Shown here piece by piece: positions 48,496 through 59,245 of a DNA stretch of 64,000 nt. The DNA is from Caldisericia bacterium (lineage in GTDB: Bacteria > Caldisericota > Caldisericia > JAAYUI01). Where the stretch lies: contig OY771555.1 of assembly GCA_963674785.1 (NCBI GenBank), forward strand, positions 1,568,001 through 1,632,000. Reading direction: 5' to 3'. The notes under the pieces were generated by a model, which ran no database searches, was not told where the DNA came from, and saw only the letters and a list, made by a program, of their open reading frames with translations. The translations under genes were made by a program, and so were the position numbers. How positions within the stretch are numbered: position 1 is the stretch's first letter; the number at the start of each line of letters is the position of its first letter.

Positions 48496-51036
48496 TTATT
48501 GTGGTATAAAAAGCCTTTCGATTGTGATTTCTTTTGTTTCAGGAGCCCAGTCTACATCACCGTTGAATGCCTCCGATATTGCCCTTAATGGAACGAATGT
48601 CGATGAGTTTTTGATCATTGGGGCAACAGCAAGCTTTACTTTTTCACCCCTAACGATCATATGTGGAACGCCAATCTGAAGCAGTATCTGAATATCATCA
48701 AGTATTATATCTATACTTCTAGTGTTTCCATCATATTCAACCTTGGCACCAAATGCTTCAGAGATTGCACGAACAGGTACCATTGTTGAGCCATTTTCAA
48801 TAAATGGTGCAAATCTCAATTCTTTTGTTTCACCGTTGACCACAAACTCTGTTGAGTCAATTTGCATTATGATTGTTGTTCTTCTGAAGTTCGTAAGCGA
48901 AAACTCTCTTTTTGTTATGTTTCCAGCCAAATCTGTTGCTATTATCTCGAGCTTGTTTTCCCCAAACTCGACAGGAACAATAAACTCAAACTGGGAAGAT
49001 GTTTTTACAGGTCTTACACCATCTATCAATCCAATTGATACTTCGGATTCCTCGTCAACCCTACCTTTTATGACAATACTTGTTGCCTCAATGTATCGCT
49101 CATCAACCGCATCAACATCGAGATATGGTTCAGCAGTGTCGAGGGTTATTGAAAGCGATTTTCTTGTGGTGTTTCCAGCTGAGTCAACAGCTTTTATTTT
49201 TATAATGTTCTCACCTTCGCCAAGCTCAAAATTCAGTTTGAATTTTCCACTTCCATCAACTTCTGCTTCAACCTCATCGACAAAAATGCTTGTTCCCGGC
49301 TCAGTTACTCCTGTTATGTCTACAAAGTTTTCATTTGTAAGAGTTGGGATGTCATCATCAATCTCTAATTCTGGTGGAGTTTTATCCTTGCCTATTTTGA
49401 AGTTGGTCATGGTGGAGCCATTTTTTGACCCCCCTTCAACAGTTACATTTATCCAATCGGAACTAGTTGGAGTGAATGTGAAGTTGGCGATTCCGTTATC
49501 GTCACTCTTTTTTGTCATCAGCACACCGGCTCCAGAGAGTGTTACCTTTGCATCCACAACCGGTTTTTTGTCATCTTTTGTTGTAACGATGACTCTACAG
49601 TTTGTTTCAATCCCGACCTCTGGTTTTTCGGGATCGATTGAGACTCTTGCACTGATATTGCTTACTGTTGTTGAGCCTGATGAAAGAGAATGTTTGACAA
49701 AGGCGTCCATATCCAGCTTGAATGTACCATCGGGGTTGTATCTTGTTTTGATCTCTCTTGGGTCGTCTTCAGTAGCTGGACCACCACCCGCCAGATCAGA
49801 GTTTCCATAATCGTTGACACCGATCAAACATGTTATTCCACAAACATCATTTGCGAAGATGTAGAATTTTGTTTGACCATTTTCATCTAGACTCAATGAA
49901 TCTCGATAATTTAGCATGCCATCATCGTTAAAGTCAGGCATCAAGTAACAACCAAGATATGGTGAGTTGTAGATACATCCCATACCCCAACCGGCTTCTG
50001 TGTTTTCGTATTCAAAAAGATATCCGGTGGTAAACGAACCGTCGTCCCATCTTGTGCATGTTGTATTATAGAAGGTTTTATATGAGGTGTTGGATTGACC
50101 ATCACGTACGTTAAAGTATGCAATATCATATATCTCATTGTTAAGCTGTTCTAATATGTTGTCGTTATCCCAATCAATGCCTAGGTTTATCCAATATCTG
50201 TTCCCCATATCCGAAATGTATTTTATGTATTTGTTGGTTATCGGGTCTCTTGCAAGTACTTCTGTTGCCTCGTTGAAGTAAAAGTTAGCAAGAGCAGTTG
50301 AAGTAACAGTTAGTCTTGCGTCAGTATAGCTTCCACAGGTTCGTACAGTGCTAGCAACCCCTCTAATCAATCTTCCGTCTGCGGTCGAAACAGTAGGAAT
50401 AATCCCATAAACCCTATTGTCTGCAGCGGTCATAACAAAATCAGGATCACCAGGTGTATGGAAAATTTTATCTGGAGCTTCAATATTCCAAATCTCATAG
50501 TCGATTTGTGGAGATTCAACATTTACGGTGACTTTTCCATATCTTTTCCTGTCTGGTGTGTACACAGCAATATCAAACTCTCCCTCATCGTTTGCACAAA
50601 ATCCATTGAAGATATAGATGCCTTCTTCTGCCATTGAAAAATCGATATTTATTGGGTACTTAACATCGGGGAAAAGTGTTTTGTTGCAGATATCTGTGCC
50701 ATCATCGTTATGCAGATCAAATCTTGTCCAGTAATATTGTGGGAGTTCTTCTGGATGAACATCTTTAAACAATAGATTCCATACATCTTCATCTTCAATC
50801 GCGCCACCATTTGTTAAGTCTACAGGATTACTGTTTCCATCTGTAATTGTTATTGTGAATGGATTTGATGGATCGACTAATTCTGATACGACTCCTGCGG
50901 TAAGTACCGCAGGTGAATATGTTATTAAAAGTGATTCCCTAGCAGAATCAGTTTGTGCAAGTGCTGCATTGCTAGTTAGGATTGGGATCAAATTAAATAC
51001 CAGCAAGAAAACAAGTGCTTTTGCAACTTTCTTCAT
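48496..51036 (-). CDS. Secreted surface protein: unknown N-terminal domain, Ig-like repeats, C-terminal copper amine oxidase N-terminal (stalk) domain
   Basis: Signal peptide; DKTPPEL, GENIIKIKAVDSAGN and ATDLAGN Ig repeats; APFIENGSTMVPVRAISEAFGA and STFVPLRAISEAF. Confidence 0.85.
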   Translation of the reverse strand: MKKVAKALVFLLVFNLIPILTSNAALAQTDSARESLLITYSPAVLTAGVVSELVDPSNPFTITITDGNSNPVDLTNGGAIEDEDVWNLLFKDVHPEELPQYYWTRFDLHNDDGTDICNKTLFPDVKYPINIDFSMAEEGIYIFNGFCANDEGEFDIAVYTPDRKRYGKVTVNVESPQIDYEIWNIEAPDKIFHTPGDPDFVMTAADNRVYGIIPTVSTADGRLIRGVASTVRTCGSYTDARLTVTSTALANFYFNEATEVLARDPITNKYIKYISDMGNRYWINLGIDWDNDNILEQLNNEIYDIAYFNVRDGQSNTSYKTFYNTTCTRWDDGSFTTGYLFEYENTEAGWGMGCIYNSPYLGCYLMPDFNDDGMLNYRDSLSLDENGQTKFYIFANDVCGITCLIGVNDYGNSDLAGGGPATEDDPREIKTRYNPDGTFKLDMDAFVKHSLSSGSTTVSNISARVSIDPEKPEVGIETNCRVIVTTKDDKKPVVDAKVTLSGAGVLMTKKSDDNGIANFTFTPTSSDWINVTVEGGSKNGSTMTNFKIGKDKTPPELEIDDDIPTLTNENFVDITGVTEPGTSIFVDEVEAEVDGSGKFKLNFELGEGENIIKIKAVDSAGNTTRKSLSITLDTAEPYLDVDAVDERYIEATSIVIKGRVDEESEVSIGLIDGVRPVKTSSQFEFIVPVEFGENKLEIIATDLAGNITKREFSLTNFRRTTIIMQIDSTEFVVNGETKELRFAPFIENGSTMVPVRAISEAFGAKVEYDGNTRSIDIILDDIQILLQIGVPHMIVRGEKVKLAVAPMIKNSSTFVPLRAISEAFNGDVDWAPETKEITIERLFIPQ

Positions 51037-51149
51037 GATACCTCCTTATTCAGGGAAAATACAAAACAAGTTGAGCATCGGTTCATGATGAATTAGTTAT
51101 AATCTTCAACTTGTCTTGCTCTTTAGATTCATTATATTGTTTGTTTGTT

Positions 51150-52037
51150 ATGCAGACAAATTTGGTGGAGAAAAACACAATCGAGAGGCTTTTTGAACTT
51201 CAATCACCATGTGTCCTTTGTCCAAGAGAATGTGGAGCAAAAAGGAATGAAGGCGAGATTGGCTTTTGTGGCGCTACAACTGATGTTGTGATTTCTTCTC
51301 ATGGACAACACCTGGGGGAGGAGCCTCCGATATCTGGCATCTCTGGCTCTGGTACTGTGTTTTTTTCACATTGCACATTATCTTGCAAGTTTTGTCAGAA
51401 CTTTCCGATTTCACAGTTGCATAATGGTTACAAGGTAACAATAGACGAACTCGCAGACATTTTTTTGCTGCAGCAAACAAAAGGGTTCCACAATGTGAAT
51501 CTCGTCACACCGACACATTTTGCCCCTCAGATAGTTGTTGCTTTAGATATCGCCAAGAAAAAGGGTCTTACCATACCGGTTGTTTATAATACCTCTGGTT
51601 ATGAATCGGTTGAAGTGATTAAACTTCTAAATGGTTATGTTGATATTTATCTACCAGATATGAAATACTTTGACGACAGTGTTGCCCAAAAAATATCTTC
51701 AGCAATAAACTATGTTGATAACAATAAGGATGCTTCGATTGAGATGGGGAATCAGGTCGGTGAACTTGAGCTTGATGAGTATGGGATTGCAAAAAAAGGT
51801 CTGATTATTAGGCATTTAGTTCTCCCTGAAAACAAATCAAATTCAGATTTAGTTTTAAAGTGGATTGCAGAAAAAATTTCTTATGCTAGAATATCCCTGA
51901 TGAGTCAATATTTCCCTGCCCACAAGGCTGTAAATTACCCTGGACTTGACAGGAAAATAACAAAAGAAGAGTATGATTTTGCAGTAAAAATCATGGAGGA
52001 AGGTGGTTTGAATGGTTGGATACAACCGATTCAATAG
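51150..52037 (+). CDS. Radical SAM protein, PflX-like
   Basis: CVLCPREC, HLGEEPPISG, CTLSCKFCQN, NLVTPTH, IRHLVLP. Confidence 0.88.
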   Translation: MQTNLVEKNTIERLFELQSPCVLCPRECGAKRNEGEIGFCGATTDVVISSHGQHLGEEPPISGISGSGTVFFSHCTLSCKFCQNFPISQLHNGYKVTIDELADIFLLQQTKGFHNVNLVTPTHFAPQIVVALDIAKKKGLTIPVVYNTSGYESVEVIKLLNGYVDIYLPDMKYFDDSVAQKISSAINYVDNNKDASIEMGNQVGELELDEYGIAKKGLIIRHLVLPENKSNSDLVLKWIAEKISYARISLMSQYFPAHKAVNYPGLDRKITKEEYDFAVKIMEEGGLNGWIQPIQ

Positions 52038-53988
52038 GTTATTTGTAATCATCTTCCTTGTGGTAATTCTCTCTTTTGGTTCTTCAGTTTTTGGTGCAGA
52101 CTGGTTAACCTTCAAAGGTGGTCTTACCAGAACATCTCTTACAAACGAGATAATAGTACCACCGATCAGGAAGGTTGAATGGACTATTAACACAGGATTT
52201 CCTATTTCCATGTCTCCAGTATCAAAGGGTGACTTCGTTTACTTCGGTACTGAGGGTGGAACAACAGACAGTACTTTTTATTGTTTACTTAAGGGAAAAA
52301 AGATATGGGAATTCCCAAATGACAAACTAAGAAGTTTTACAGATAAGAGAACTGGTGAGAAGCCTTGGCCCAATGGGGCTATGGATTTTGATAGAACATC
52401 CTTGAAGATCTCGCCAACTATATATGAAAAAAAGGTTTATCTTCCGTGGGGTTCGATGTTATTGATTCTGAATTATGAGTCGGGGAACTTGATTGATTAT
52501 TTAGACTTGAAAGACTTTGGTCATACTGGATCAATAAACACCTCACCATTGATTCATAGCAACCATAAACTCATTATTTGTGGGTCTACAAATGGCTACC
52601 TTTATGGATTTGATATTGAACTCAGAGAGCCACTTATAAGATGGAGGATTCCAGAGGGATCAGGTACTGGTGGCACAATAAGCTCTTCAGTTGCATACTA
52701 CAACAGACAGATATTTTTTGGCTCGACTTCAAAGATGTTTTATTCATATGAATTGACCTATGCGGGTTCAGATGGAGTAAAAGCAGGAGCCTTGCCGACA
52801 AAGAATTGGGAAGTGAAACTCGATGGTCAGATATCCCAAACTCCAGCTGTTGTAGGGTCGAAGGTTGTTATTACAACAAGGGATGGGTATGTCTATTGTA
52901 TTTCGACATCCACAGGAGATATTATCTGGCAAAAAAATACTGCCAGCCGTATTGATGCATCCCCTGTGATAAGTGGTAGTTATGTAATAATTGTGGCAGG
53001 AAAGAATATTAAGTGTTTTAATATTGAGGATGGCTCCCAAAAGTGGAGTAGTGCACTTGGTGAGATGTGTTATGGTACACCTGCGGCAAATAGCCAATAT
53101 GCATATGTAACATGCAATGATGGTAAATTTTATGTTTACCAGCTATCGAATGGTTTTAAGGCATGTACTAAGAAAATTGGCTCTCCAATAAGGTCGTCGC
53201 CTTGTGTTTCGAACAATAGGATTATGTTTGGTGCCCAGAACGGCATTTTTTATGCTTTAGTCACCGGTGATGAACCAGCAAAAGTCCAATGTAGCAAGTC
53301 TGAGATTGATATTCCGATTATTTATAATGACGAAACTCTTGAGTATAAAGCGTTTTTTGTTGATAATGTTGGCGGAGAGACTCTCACAGGATCAGTATCG
53401 TTTTCAAGGAAATGGGTTACAACGACTAATTCGTCATTCAATATTTCGTCAGATGATGGGCAGCAGATCCTAATCAGATTTGATGCGAATGGTCAGGTTG
53501 AAGGCAAGTATAAAATCATGATGAAGGTCGATACCAATGGTGGTGAGGTAAATATTCCAATAACGGTTAATATTGTTAAAAGACCTGATACAATAATTAA
53601 TCTTATGTTGGGAAGCCAGTCTATAAATATCAATGGGCAGCCCATTATGATTGAAGCAGCCCCATGGAAAACAGATTCCGGAACTGTAATGGCTCCATTG
53701 AGGGTTATCACTGAAGCTTTTGGGTGCAATGTTTCATGGCAAGCTGAGACAAGGTCTGTTAAACTTATTTATGCCAAAAAGGATATTGAGATAACAGTAA
53801 GAATTGGGAATCAAGTTGCTTATATTGAGTACAGTAACGGTCTGAAATCCCCACAAATTATGCCTCACCCTCCAGAGATTGTCGAAAACAGAACATTTGT
53901 TCCTCTTGAATTTATTTCAAGAGCGTTTGATGCAGAGATTACAAACCTTGGGTCGGGTAACTATATGATCCGTGTAAGGCATAATTAA
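52012..53988 (+). CDS. Secreted PQQ-like beta-propeller protein with C-terminal stalk domain
   Basis: Signal peptide, W..FKGGLTRT, repeated SP...G..Y..W blades; MAPLRVITEAFG and RTFVPLEFIS. Confidence 0.85.
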   Translation: MVGYNRFNRLFVIIFLVVILSFGSSVFGADWLTFKGGLTRTSLTNEIIVPPIRKVEWTINTGFPISMSPVSKGDFVYFGTEGGTTDSTFYCLLKGKKIWEFPNDKLRSFTDKRTGEKPWPNGAMDFDRTSLKISPTIYEKKVYLPWGSMLLILNYESGNLIDYLDLKDFGHTGSINTSPLIHSNHKLIICGSTNGYLYGFDIELREPLIRWRIPEGSGTGGTISSSVAYYNRQIFFGSTSKMFYSYELTYAGSDGVKAGALPTKNWEVKLDGQISQTPAVVGSKVVITTRDGYVYCISTSTGDIIWQKNTASRIDASPVISGSYVIIVAGKNIKCFNIEDGSQKWSSALGEMCYGTPAANSQYAYVTCNDGKFYVYQLSNGFKACTKKIGSPIRSSPCVSNNRIMFGAQNGIFYALVTGDEPAKVQCSKSEIDIPIIYNDETLEYKAFFVDNVGGETLTGSVSFSRKWVTTTNSSFNISSDDGQQILIRFDANGQVEGKYKIMMKVDTNGGEVNIPITVNIVKRPDTIINLMLGSQSININGQPIMIEAAPWKTDSGTVMAPLRVITEAFGCNVSWQAETRSVKLIYAKKDIEITVRIGNQVAYIEYSNGLKSPQIMPHPPEIVENRTFVPLEFISRAFDAEITNLGSGNYMIRVRHN

Positions 53989-54017
53989 ATCATTTTTGCA
54001 ACAATCTTTTTTCTTAG

Positions 54018-54794
54018 CTATATTTTATCGTACTTGAAATCAAAGAAATCGATAGCGTTTTGAGTTGTTAGCTCTGCGACCTGACCCAAAGTTTTTCCGA
54101 GCACATTTGCAATTTTAACCGCGGAGTGTCTTATGTATGCAGGCTCATTTCGTTTCCCTCGAAGAGGAACCGGGGTTAAATATGGGCAATCCGTTTCAAG
54201 AAGAATCAGATGTTCAGGCATTGTTTTTAAAACATTATGCAGTTCATCTTTTCTTGGATATGTGATAGTTCCATTGAATGACAGATAATAGTTTTTCTTG
54301 ATAGCCCAGTTTGCAATCAGGGAATCTCCCGAAAAACTGTGAAGGATTACTTTCTTGAGATTGTATTCGTCAAGAATCCTGACTGTTTCGCTCCATGCCT
54401 CTCGACAGTGAATTACAACCGGAAAGTTTTTCTCCTCTGCAATTTTAAGTTGGTCTCTGAAGCATTTTCTTTGATCTTCAGGATTTGAAAGATTTCTGTA
54501 ATAATCAAGTCCAATCTCGCCTATCGCAACAACCTTTTTTTCGCCCATCATCCGAATGATTTTAGCCTTGACTTCCTCTGTCCATTCCTTTGCTCCATGT
54601 GGATGGATGCCTACTGTTGCAAAAATAAATTTGTACTTGTTTGAGAGATTGATGGAGTTCTGAGATGATTTTATGTCGAACCCAACGTTGACAATGTTTA
54701 CCACCTCAGAATCTCTCGCATGTCTAATTATTGTTTCGCTCTCACCTTTAAACTCTTTGAGATCAAGGTGTGCATGAGTGTCTATGAACTGCAT
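54018..54794 (-). CDS. tatD: TatD family nuclease
   Basis: DTHAH, GIHPH, GEIGLDY, IHCREA, LETDCPY. Confidence 0.93.
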   Translation of the reverse strand: MQFIDTHAHLDLKEFKGESETIIRHARDSEVVNIVNVGFDIKSSQNSINLSNKYKFIFATVGIHPHGAKEWTEEVKAKIIRMMGEKKVVAIGEIGLDYYRNLSNPEDQRKCFRDQLKIAEEKNFPVVIHCREAWSETVRILDEYNLKKVILHSFSGDSLIANWAIKKNYYLSFNGTITYPRKDELHNVLKTMPEHLILLETDCPYLTPVPLRGKRNEPAYIRHSAVKIANVLGKTLGQVAELTTQNAIDFFDFKYDKI

Positions 54795-56696
54795 TTATCT
54801 TACCTTTGAACCTGGTCTTACTTCCTTTTCAGGTGTCAGAAATGAGACATATTCTTTGCCTGTTGCAGCAAGCAGCATCCCCTCTGACATCACGCCTCGA
54901 AGGTTCGCCGGCTTAAGGTTTGCAACGACACAAACTGATCTCCCGACAAGTTCCTCTGGTTTATACCAGGTTGCAATTCCAGCAACAATCTGTCTTTTTT
55001 CTTTGCCGATGTCGACTTGGAGTTTCAAAAGTTTATCTGAACCTTCGACCCTTTCCGCCTCTAAAATCTTGCCTATTCTGAGTTTGATTTTTGCAAAATC
55101 TTCAATCGAAATAAGATCTTCTTCGGGTTTTGCTTTTTCTTCTGCTTTTTGTGGTTGCAGTTTCTTCTTGTCGATTCGCGGAAACATTGTTTCGGCTTCT
55201 TTGATTTCTTTTGATTGTTTCAGAAGCCCAAGTTTTAGTTCATCAAGCCTTGGTGGGGCATCAAATCCCATGCTAGTAGCCAAGATTTTCGCTGACTCTG
55301 GGATATATGGGGCAATCAGTGAAGATGTGATGAGGATTCCCTCAAGCAGAGAGTAGATAAGGTTTGCGTGTTCTAGAGTCTTTCCAGCTTTTTTCAGTTC
55401 CCATGGTTTGTGGGTCTCGATTAATCCATTAAGGGTATTAACAAAAGTCCAGACCAGCTCCAACACTTTTGAGTATTTGAATTCATCTGTTAGTTTGTGA
55501 TATTCAGGCAGAATCTCATCAAACTTACTTTTCAACTCAGGAAGAATCTCTCCGTCTGGAATTTTTCCCTCGTAGTCTTTTGTCACCATTTTCTGGGTTC
55601 TATTCAGAAGATTCCCAAGGTCATTTGCGAGGTCTGAATTGTATCTTGTGTAGAAGTTTTCTGTAGAAAAATCACCGTCGTCGCCAAAATGGAGCTCTCT
55701 GAAGATGAAGTATCTAAAGGCATCTTTTGCAAGTGGCTCAGAAACTCCAGCCGCCTCAATAAGTCCCTTGACTTCTTCGTGAGGTCGTACGATGTTTCCC
55801 TTTGATTTGCTGACCTTTTCACTGTTTATTGTCCACCAGCCGTGAGCATAGATGTGCTTTGGGAGAGGAAGCCCAAGTGACATAAGCATTGCAGGCCAAA
55901 TCATGCAGTGGAATCTGATGATGTCTTTTCCAACAATGTGAACATCTGCTGGCCAATACTTTTCAAATCTTTCTTTGTCATCTGGGAAGCCAACTCCTGT
56001 GAGATAGTTAACCAGAGCATCGCCCCAGACGTAGATTGTGTGCTTGTCATCAAATGGAACTCTGATTCCCCAATCTTTACCTGTCCTTGAAAAAGAAACG
56101 TCCCTGAGACCCTCTTTTAGTACAGAATAGACCTCATTGTATCTTTTTTTTGGAAGAACAAAGTCTGGATGTTCATCAAAGTACTTCAGAAGTTTGTCGC
56201 GGTAGTTTGAAAGTTTGAAGAAATAGTTTTCTTCACTTACTTTTTCCACTGGTCGACCACAGTCTGGGCAGTTTCCATCTACAAGGTCGCCCTCAGTAAA
56301 GTATGTCTCACAAGGTACACAATAATGACCATCATATGAACCTTTATAAATATCGCCATTTTCATGAAGTCTTTTGAAGACCTCTTGAGCGGATTTTATG
56401 TGTCTTTCTTCGGTTGTCCTGATGAAATCATTGTGTGAGAGTTCGAACTCATTGAAATAATCCTTCCAGGCTGAAGCAAGCTCGTCAACGAAATCCTTTG
56501 TTTTCAAACCCTTTTCAGCCGCTGCCCTTTCAACCTTCGTGGCATTCTCATCAGTACCTGTCAAAAACATTACATCATAACCCATTGAACGCTTGTATCT
56601 TGCGATGATGTCGGCTGACATTGTGCAGTAAACATGCCCAATATGAGCTTTGTCGTTTATGTAGTAAATCGGGGTTGTAACGTAATATTTTTTCAT
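54795..56696 (-). CDS. metG: Methionyl-tRNA synthetase with C-terminal tRNA-binding domain
   Basis: TTPIYY, HIGH, GTDEN, Zn knuckle, KVSKS, C-terminal OB fold SEGMLLAA. Confidence 0.96.
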   Translation of the reverse strand: MKKYYVTTPIYYINDKAHIGHVYCTMSADIIARYKRSMGYDVMFLTGTDENATKVERAAAEKGLKTKDFVDELASAWKDYFNEFELSHNDFIRTTEERHIKSAQEVFKRLHENGDIYKGSYDGHYCVPCETYFTEGDLVDGNCPDCGRPVEKVSEENYFFKLSNYRDKLLKYFDEHPDFVLPKKRYNEVYSVLKEGLRDVSFSRTGKDWGIRVPFDDKHTIYVWGDALVNYLTGVGFPDDKERFEKYWPADVHIVGKDIIRFHCMIWPAMLMSLGLPLPKHIYAHGWWTINSEKVSKSKGNIVRPHEEVKGLIEAAGVSEPLAKDAFRYFIFRELHFGDDGDFSTENFYTRYNSDLANDLGNLLNRTQKMVTKDYEGKIPDGEILPELKSKFDEILPEYHKLTDEFKYSKVLELVWTFVNTLNGLIETHKPWELKKAGKTLEHANLIYSLLEGILITSSLIAPYIPESAKILATSMGFDAPPRLDELKLGLLKQSKEIKEAETMFPRIDKKKLQPQKAEEKAKPEEDLISIEDFAKIKLRIGKILEAERVEGSDKLLKLQVDIGKEKRQIVAGIATWYKPEELVGRSVCVVANLKPANLRGVMSEGMLLAATGKEYVSFLTPEKEVRPGSKVR

Positions 56697-56767
56697 TTCC
56701 AATTCCTCTTTCTTACTGATTCCCATAGAGTGTATTTGAAATGAGGATTATTTCAATAGATTTGGCG

Positions 56768-59092
56768 TTACCTCCATGGGCAAATGATATCCCATCCTTT
56801 TGGGATGTCATCCTTTGTTGCAACCTGCCATGGAACACCTTTTTCATAACAATCCTTTAGTCCATCCAAAAAGACAGAATCATATGAGTAGAGATGTTCC
56901 GCGCTCTCCAAATCTTTAATATGGTATTGCTGAGCAGCCCTGGTATGACCAAGTGCCTCCATGAGTACTAGTGGTTCATTTTCTATTGCGCCTTGTATCT
57001 GTTTTGCATCAAGGTTTATTGGATTTCTGTATGTGACATCATAGAGATATCCATCTTCACGAACTTCTATACTATGGTGGATGGAGAATCTGTATCCAGC
57101 ACAAGCAGGTTGATCTCTTTCAAAATCCCAGGGAGCACAACCAACAATTTCCTCTGTGAACTGTGGGTATCCTCCATTTATGCCAATGAAATAGCCAAGT
57201 TTATAAGGCAAAGCTTCAGATTCAATCACAATTGCATAAAGAGTATCATCGATACAGGTGTATATCGATAACCAATTCATATCAGTTGTTGCACTGACAC
57301 CATTCGTATTGATGATGATATCTTTGTAACCATCAAGATTGACATCGGCAATACATTCAAATCTGCTCCATGATTCAAGATTCTGGTTGTGCCAATCGGT
57401 TAATTGTTTAATTTCTTCTAGACCTTCAATTGGATCACCTGATGGATCAGAAACATTGTCAAATTTTACGAAACAATATGAGATAAAGTCTTCGCCGTAA
57501 AACGATTTTTTTTCAATAATTGTAAAAACACACCAGATTTTTTCAGAAAGCGGAACAACTGAGAAACCTATTTCAGAATAATCTATAGGTATTGAAGGCA
57601 GTGAACCTTCTGTGGGTAGAGTATATTTGCATGTGCTGTATATGAGTTTTTGAATAGTCATGAGGAAGTTGTCATCTTTGAGCCAATACCCGTCAGGTTC
57701 ATCATCAATTTCCTTGAGTACAAACTTTCCTAGTTCTCTCTCTGGCCAGTAGCTCCCATTCTCATATATATAATTATCTCTTGGTTTATTTGGGTCAATG
57801 GTGTGCATTGTTTGATGCGTAGCGTCGGAACTTCCAAAATTTATTTTGTTTATATCCTCAGTTTCAACAATTTTCTTTGAGTCATACAGATATGAGAATC
57901 TTGCCCAACCCTCTTTTTTGGTTTTAAACTTGAACTTTTTTTCAAGTCTGTCAGAGACATTTGCATAAGACATGTGCTCAAAGTATTTTTCGGTAAAAAG
58001 ATCGGTGACAACTTCTTCATACTCATGTTCAGTTTTATCTCCCAGCTCTTTGTTGTAGATAAAATCAGTTAGGAATGTTGATAACTCCTTTGCAGAGATT
58101 TCCTGAGATACTGTGGATTCATCATCAAAATTTTCAATGGATAGTTCATCTGAAAATGCTCTGATATTTTTTGCCCAAAGACCAATTTGATTTGCATAGA
58201 GGATTTTTATTGTTGGATCAAAAATTTTGTTGTTATCTTGCAGTATTTTCTTCAGTGTTTGTGGGTACTTGTATGAAATATCCTTTATCGTGGGAAGAGA
58301 AAAATCTAACATATGTGGCATGACATAACTTGATCCCAAGACCTCATCTCTTAAATCACCAAGGATGCAATATTTCCCCGCTTCTTTGTCAAGATATGGC
58401 TTTGTGATTGGTATATCAAAAACAAACTGTTGGATTCGATTATCCATTTGAAAATAATTCCAGGTTGGGTGTTCCCCGTTTTCTATCTCATACCCAAAGC
58501 ATGCAATATCTGTTGTATGGTTATTGTTTATATCTACAATTCTGATTGGGTATTTTGCGATGTCATCTCCAGGTTCTGTTTTGTTGATATTGAATGGTGG
58601 ATTGTATGAGACAAAAAAGTTTAGTTCGTCAAAAAAGATTTTTCCATCTGAGACAGTCCACATGATTACCACTTTTGCCCTTTTATACTGTGGGTTTGAA
58701 GGTTGTTCTTTTAGTAATTCTGGGATAAGTAGAATTGCACGATCTTCATGAGTCGCATAGATATATCTATCGAAATCATCTCCTAGTCCCAAGTCTTCTT
58801 TTTTATATTCAAGAAATTTTTTAGCAGCTTTGATTGTGTCTACTTTTGAACCGATAAGGTTTAGAATGCTGGGTTTCGAATCTTCAAGAGTATAGTTTGT
58901 AACTACTCTATCTTTGCAGTGAAAGTCGAGATTTCCTTCAAAAACCCGCGAATCATTTTTCTCGGTTTTGTAGTGAGTTGATAGTATTGAAAATCTTCCT
59001 TTTTTGGTTTCATCAACCCCACATGATAATCCAATTATGACCAATGAAGCTATAAGAAGTATCGCCACTAAAAATGTTATAGGTTTTCTCAT
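56768..59092 (-). CDS. Large hypothetical secreted protein, putative lipoprotein
   Basis: SD GGAGG; signal peptide ending IIGLSC; DVNLDGYKDII Ca-binding-like motif. Confidence 0.65.
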   Translation of the reverse strand: MRKPITFLVAILLIASLVIIGLSCGVDETKKGRFSILSTHYKTEKNDSRVFEGNLDFHCKDRVVTNYTLEDSKPSILNLIGSKVDTIKAAKKFLEYKKEDLGLGDDFDRYIYATHEDRAILLIPELLKEQPSNPQYKRAKVVIMWTVSDGKIFFDELNFFVSYNPPFNINKTEPGDDIAKYPIRIVDINNNHTTDIACFGYEIENGEHPTWNYFQMDNRIQQFVFDIPITKPYLDKEAGKYCILGDLRDEVLGSSYVMPHMLDFSLPTIKDISYKYPQTLKKILQDNNKIFDPTIKILYANQIGLWAKNIRAFSDELSIENFDDESTVSQEISAKELSTFLTDFIYNKELGDKTEHEYEEVVTDLFTEKYFEHMSYANVSDRLEKKFKFKTKKEGWARFSYLYDSKKIVETEDINKINFGSSDATHQTMHTIDPNKPRDNYIYENGSYWPERELGKFVLKEIDDEPDGYWLKDDNFLMTIQKLIYSTCKYTLPTEGSLPSIPIDYSEIGFSVVPLSEKIWCVFTIIEKKSFYGEDFISYCFVKFDNVSDPSGDPIEGLEEIKQLTDWHNQNLESWSRFECIADVNLDGYKDIIINTNGVSATTDMNWLSIYTCIDDTLYAIVIESEALPYKLGYFIGINGGYPQFTEEIVGCAPWDFERDQPACAGYRFSIHHSIEVREDGYLYDVTYRNPINLDAKQIQGAIENEPLVLMEALGHTRAAQQYHIKDLESAEHLYSYDSVFLDGLKDCYEKGVPWQVATKDDIPKGWDIICPWR

Positions 59093-59185
59093 CTTGCCCT
59101 CCTTTGTCACATTATAATCCGAATTTATTTTGAAAAAACATCACAAAACTAAGTGTGTAAACTTATTGTGAATTTCTGGTAATTT

Positions 59186-59214
59186 TTGACATATACCTCC
59201 CGGGGTATTACAAT
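59186..59214 (+). promoter_or_regulatory. sigma70 promoter with a CsoR-family-like operator in the spacer
   Basis: TTGACA-17-TACAAT; spacer contains ATACC-TCCCGG-GGTAT (59193-59208). Confidence 0.7.
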
Positions 59215-59245
59215 TGAGGTAATCATCAAAAAGGAGGCTCAAAAG

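Noticed and set aside
48722-49810. 362-aa + strand ORF and the many other antisense ORFs in the track
   Set aside because: Ser/Ile/Phe-rich shadow frames of well-supported genes on the opposite strand
59129-59172. Rex-like TCACAA/TTGTGA half-sites between divergent promoters
   Set aside because: Orientation and spacing do not fit TTGTGAA-N4-TTCACAA; too many mismatches
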